20,000 nucleotides of DNA, taken from the IMG/VR virus record IMGVR_UViG_3300021197_000193, positions 45,105 to 65,104 of that record; one strand, written 5' to 3'. The position numbers and the translations under genes are program-made. Source of the DNA: an uncultured virus (IMG/VR IMGVR_UViG_3300021197_000193) (Duplodnaviria; Heunggongvirae; Uroviricota; Caudoviricetes). Shown piece by piece: positions 19,060 to 20,000 of this stretch (position 1 is its first letter; each line of letters begins with the position of its first letter). Under the pieces are notes generated by a model, which worked only from the letters and a program-made list of their open reading frames with translations, was not told where the DNA came from and ran no database searches.

Positions 19060-19249
19060 TCTTATTTAATAGTGCCCTGCAGCCCACGCAAAAACAGGAG
19101 TCAAAAAATGGGCCGCAGGGTCTAACCGTACGCGGTTTCTTCGGTGCAATCACAACAACAGAAAGGATAATCATGGAGGTCGTTGCTTACACTGCTGCGG
19201 TTTTCGTGGGACAAATCAAAAAACCCACAACCCACTCACAGCTTGGGTT
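19060..19249 (-). ncRNA. Candidate structured ncRNA: five tandem hairpins, two with anti-SD/anti-AUG loops
   Basis: Stems at 19229-19249, 19206-19228, 19144-19192, 19124-19137 and 19075-19120. Four G-U wobbles in the two large stems form only on the - strand. This is the largest intergenic gap in an otherwise tightly packed operon. Confidence 0.6.
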
Positions 19250-19550
19250 AGCCGTCTGGGACCATAGACCACGTACGTAAGTCCAGCGAGACTTCGTGTA
19301 CGTTATCTTCATTGACAACCATGTCTAGTCCACCTGCGGCTCTTATTTCTTCTAGGTTCTTCTGCTGTAAGGGTGTAGGTTTGTTTTTACCTGCCTTACA
19401 TTCGATCCCAAAAAATAATCCTTCATAACATCCTATGACATCAGGCACACCGCTACGCCCGTAGCCGCCTGTCACAGGGTAAAAATAATACGCGCCTAAT
19501 TCTTTAAGCTGCGCCACTACCTTTCTTTTAACTTTTGCTTCGGGTGTCAT
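19248..19550 (-). CDS. VRR-NUC domain nuclease (putative Holliday junction resolvase)
   Basis: MTPEAKVK...GYGRSGVPDVIGC...FFGIECKAGKNKPTPLQ...IRAAGG. Preferred start is ATG 19550, 7 nt after GGAG. Confidence 0.9.
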   Translation of the reverse strand: MTPEAKVKRKVVAQLKELGAYYFYPVTGGYGRSGVPDVIGCYEGLFFGIECKAGKNKPTPLQQKNLEEIRAAGGLDMVVNEDNVHEVSLDLRTWSMVPDG

Positions 19551-19580
19551 TACCATTCTCCGATACCAGTACCCCCCTAG

Positions 19581-19602
19581 ACGAGAGGCCGTAGCCCCTC
19601 GC
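19581..19602 (-). promoter_or_regulatory. Intergenic C(UACG)G tetraloop hairpin upstream of VRR-NUC
   Basis: The - strand reads GCGAGGGGC-UACG-GCCUCUCGU: 9 bp including 2 G-U pairs, no U-tract. Confidence 0.65.
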
Positions 19603-19604
19603 CC

Positions 19605-19624
19605 ATTTAGGGAGTTCCCTATTT
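19605..19624. promoter_or_regulatory. Palindromic operator-like site, copy 2
   Basis: ATTTAGGGAGTTCCCTATTT is 18/20 identical (17 contiguous) to the reverse complement of 15515-15534 and overlaps the stop codon of the 83-aa ORF. Confidence 0.6.
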
Positions 19625-19870
19625 ATAGACCCAAAACAAGTATGGGCCAATCCGAGCGCCAACTCCATCCACATCGTTGGGCGGTGGTGGGATGTCTAGC
19701 ATGGACAGCGTTGCTAAACGCTCCTGCATCCAAGTTGGTAGCTCGTCTACACAGTTATAATGGCCGTCTACTTCCTTGTCAACCTCTCCAATGCCAAAAC
19801 TTGTGATCTTGACTTGTTTAGTATCAAAGGCTATGTTTACGCGATAAGTTATACCATCAGGTGCTTGCAT
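19619..19870 (-). CDS. Hypothetical phage protein (83 aa)
   Basis: RBS GAGGT about 7 nt upstream. C-terminal ELPTWMQERLATLSM...VDGVGARIGPYLFWVY resembles the C-terminus of the upstream gene. Confidence 0.7.
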   Translation of the reverse strand: MQAPDGITYRVNIAFDTKQVKITSFGIGEVDKEVDGHYNCVDELPTWMQERLATLSMLDIPPPPNDVDGVGARIGPYLFWVYK

Positions 19871-19881
19871 CTAGTAACACC

Positions 19882-20000
19882 TCACACGTAGAGGTAAAAC
19901 GTATGGGCATTTACTTTATACCCCACACCCTCTACGAAGTGACCATCCTCACACATACTCATAGCAGCGCACTTGTGTTGCATATCTTCCGACATCTCGT
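19882..20000 (-). CDS. 5'-truncated hypothetical phage protein, C-terminal 38 aa (not in ORF track)
   Basis: Open frame from 19998: EMSEDMQHKCAAMSMCEDGHFVEGVGYKVNAHTFYLYV, with stop TGA at 19884-19882. Confidence 0.65.
   Translation of the reverse strand, partial: EMSEDMQHKCAAMSMCEDGHFVEGVGYKVNAHTFYLYV

Noticed and set aside
19060..19249. tRNA or CRISPR mini-array interpretation of the hairpin block (a Cas4-like gene is nearby)
   Set aside because: No T-loop GTTCRA or acceptor stem, and the stems are not sequence repeats. The Cas4-like nuclease is a routine replication-module gene.
18649..19280. + strand ORFs 18649..19125, 18716..19015 and 18963..19280
   Set aside because: Antisense to the HTH genes and the structured block, against the direction of the operon, with no motifs.

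Overview
This window is a fragment of a tailed dsDNA phage genome, probably podovirus-like, with two convergent arms. The + strand (1-9446) holds the end of a virion module: two Gln/Ala-rich putative internal/ejected proteins and a 2271-aa polyvalent-type protein with an HExxH zincin motif and a PLxRFG-like motif. The - strand (9519-20000) holds a compact replication module: VRR-NUC nuclease, HTH proteins, DUF6378, family A DNA polymerase (Leu762 type), Cas4/RecB-like exonuclease, HNH-like protein, SNF2 helicase, excisionase-like HTH, T7 gp2.5-like SSB and a primase-DUF927-helicase fusion. The most interesting signals are non-coding. (i) A ~190-nt intergenic block (19060-19249) folds on the - strand into five hairpins, and two large loops are antisense to SD + AUG regions. 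(ii) The 3' end of the - strand operon (9445-9510) is hairpin + anti-SD linker + terminator, complementary over 10-11 nt to the RBSs of two of the phage's own replication-module genes. (iii) A 20-bp dyad, ATTTAGGGA-NN-TCCCTAAAT, occurs at two gene junctions. (iv) Two C(UACG)G tetraloop hairpins lack U-tracts. Together these suggest a candidate RBS-targeting RNA regulatory system. All calls come from manual reading; no searches or folding programs were run.
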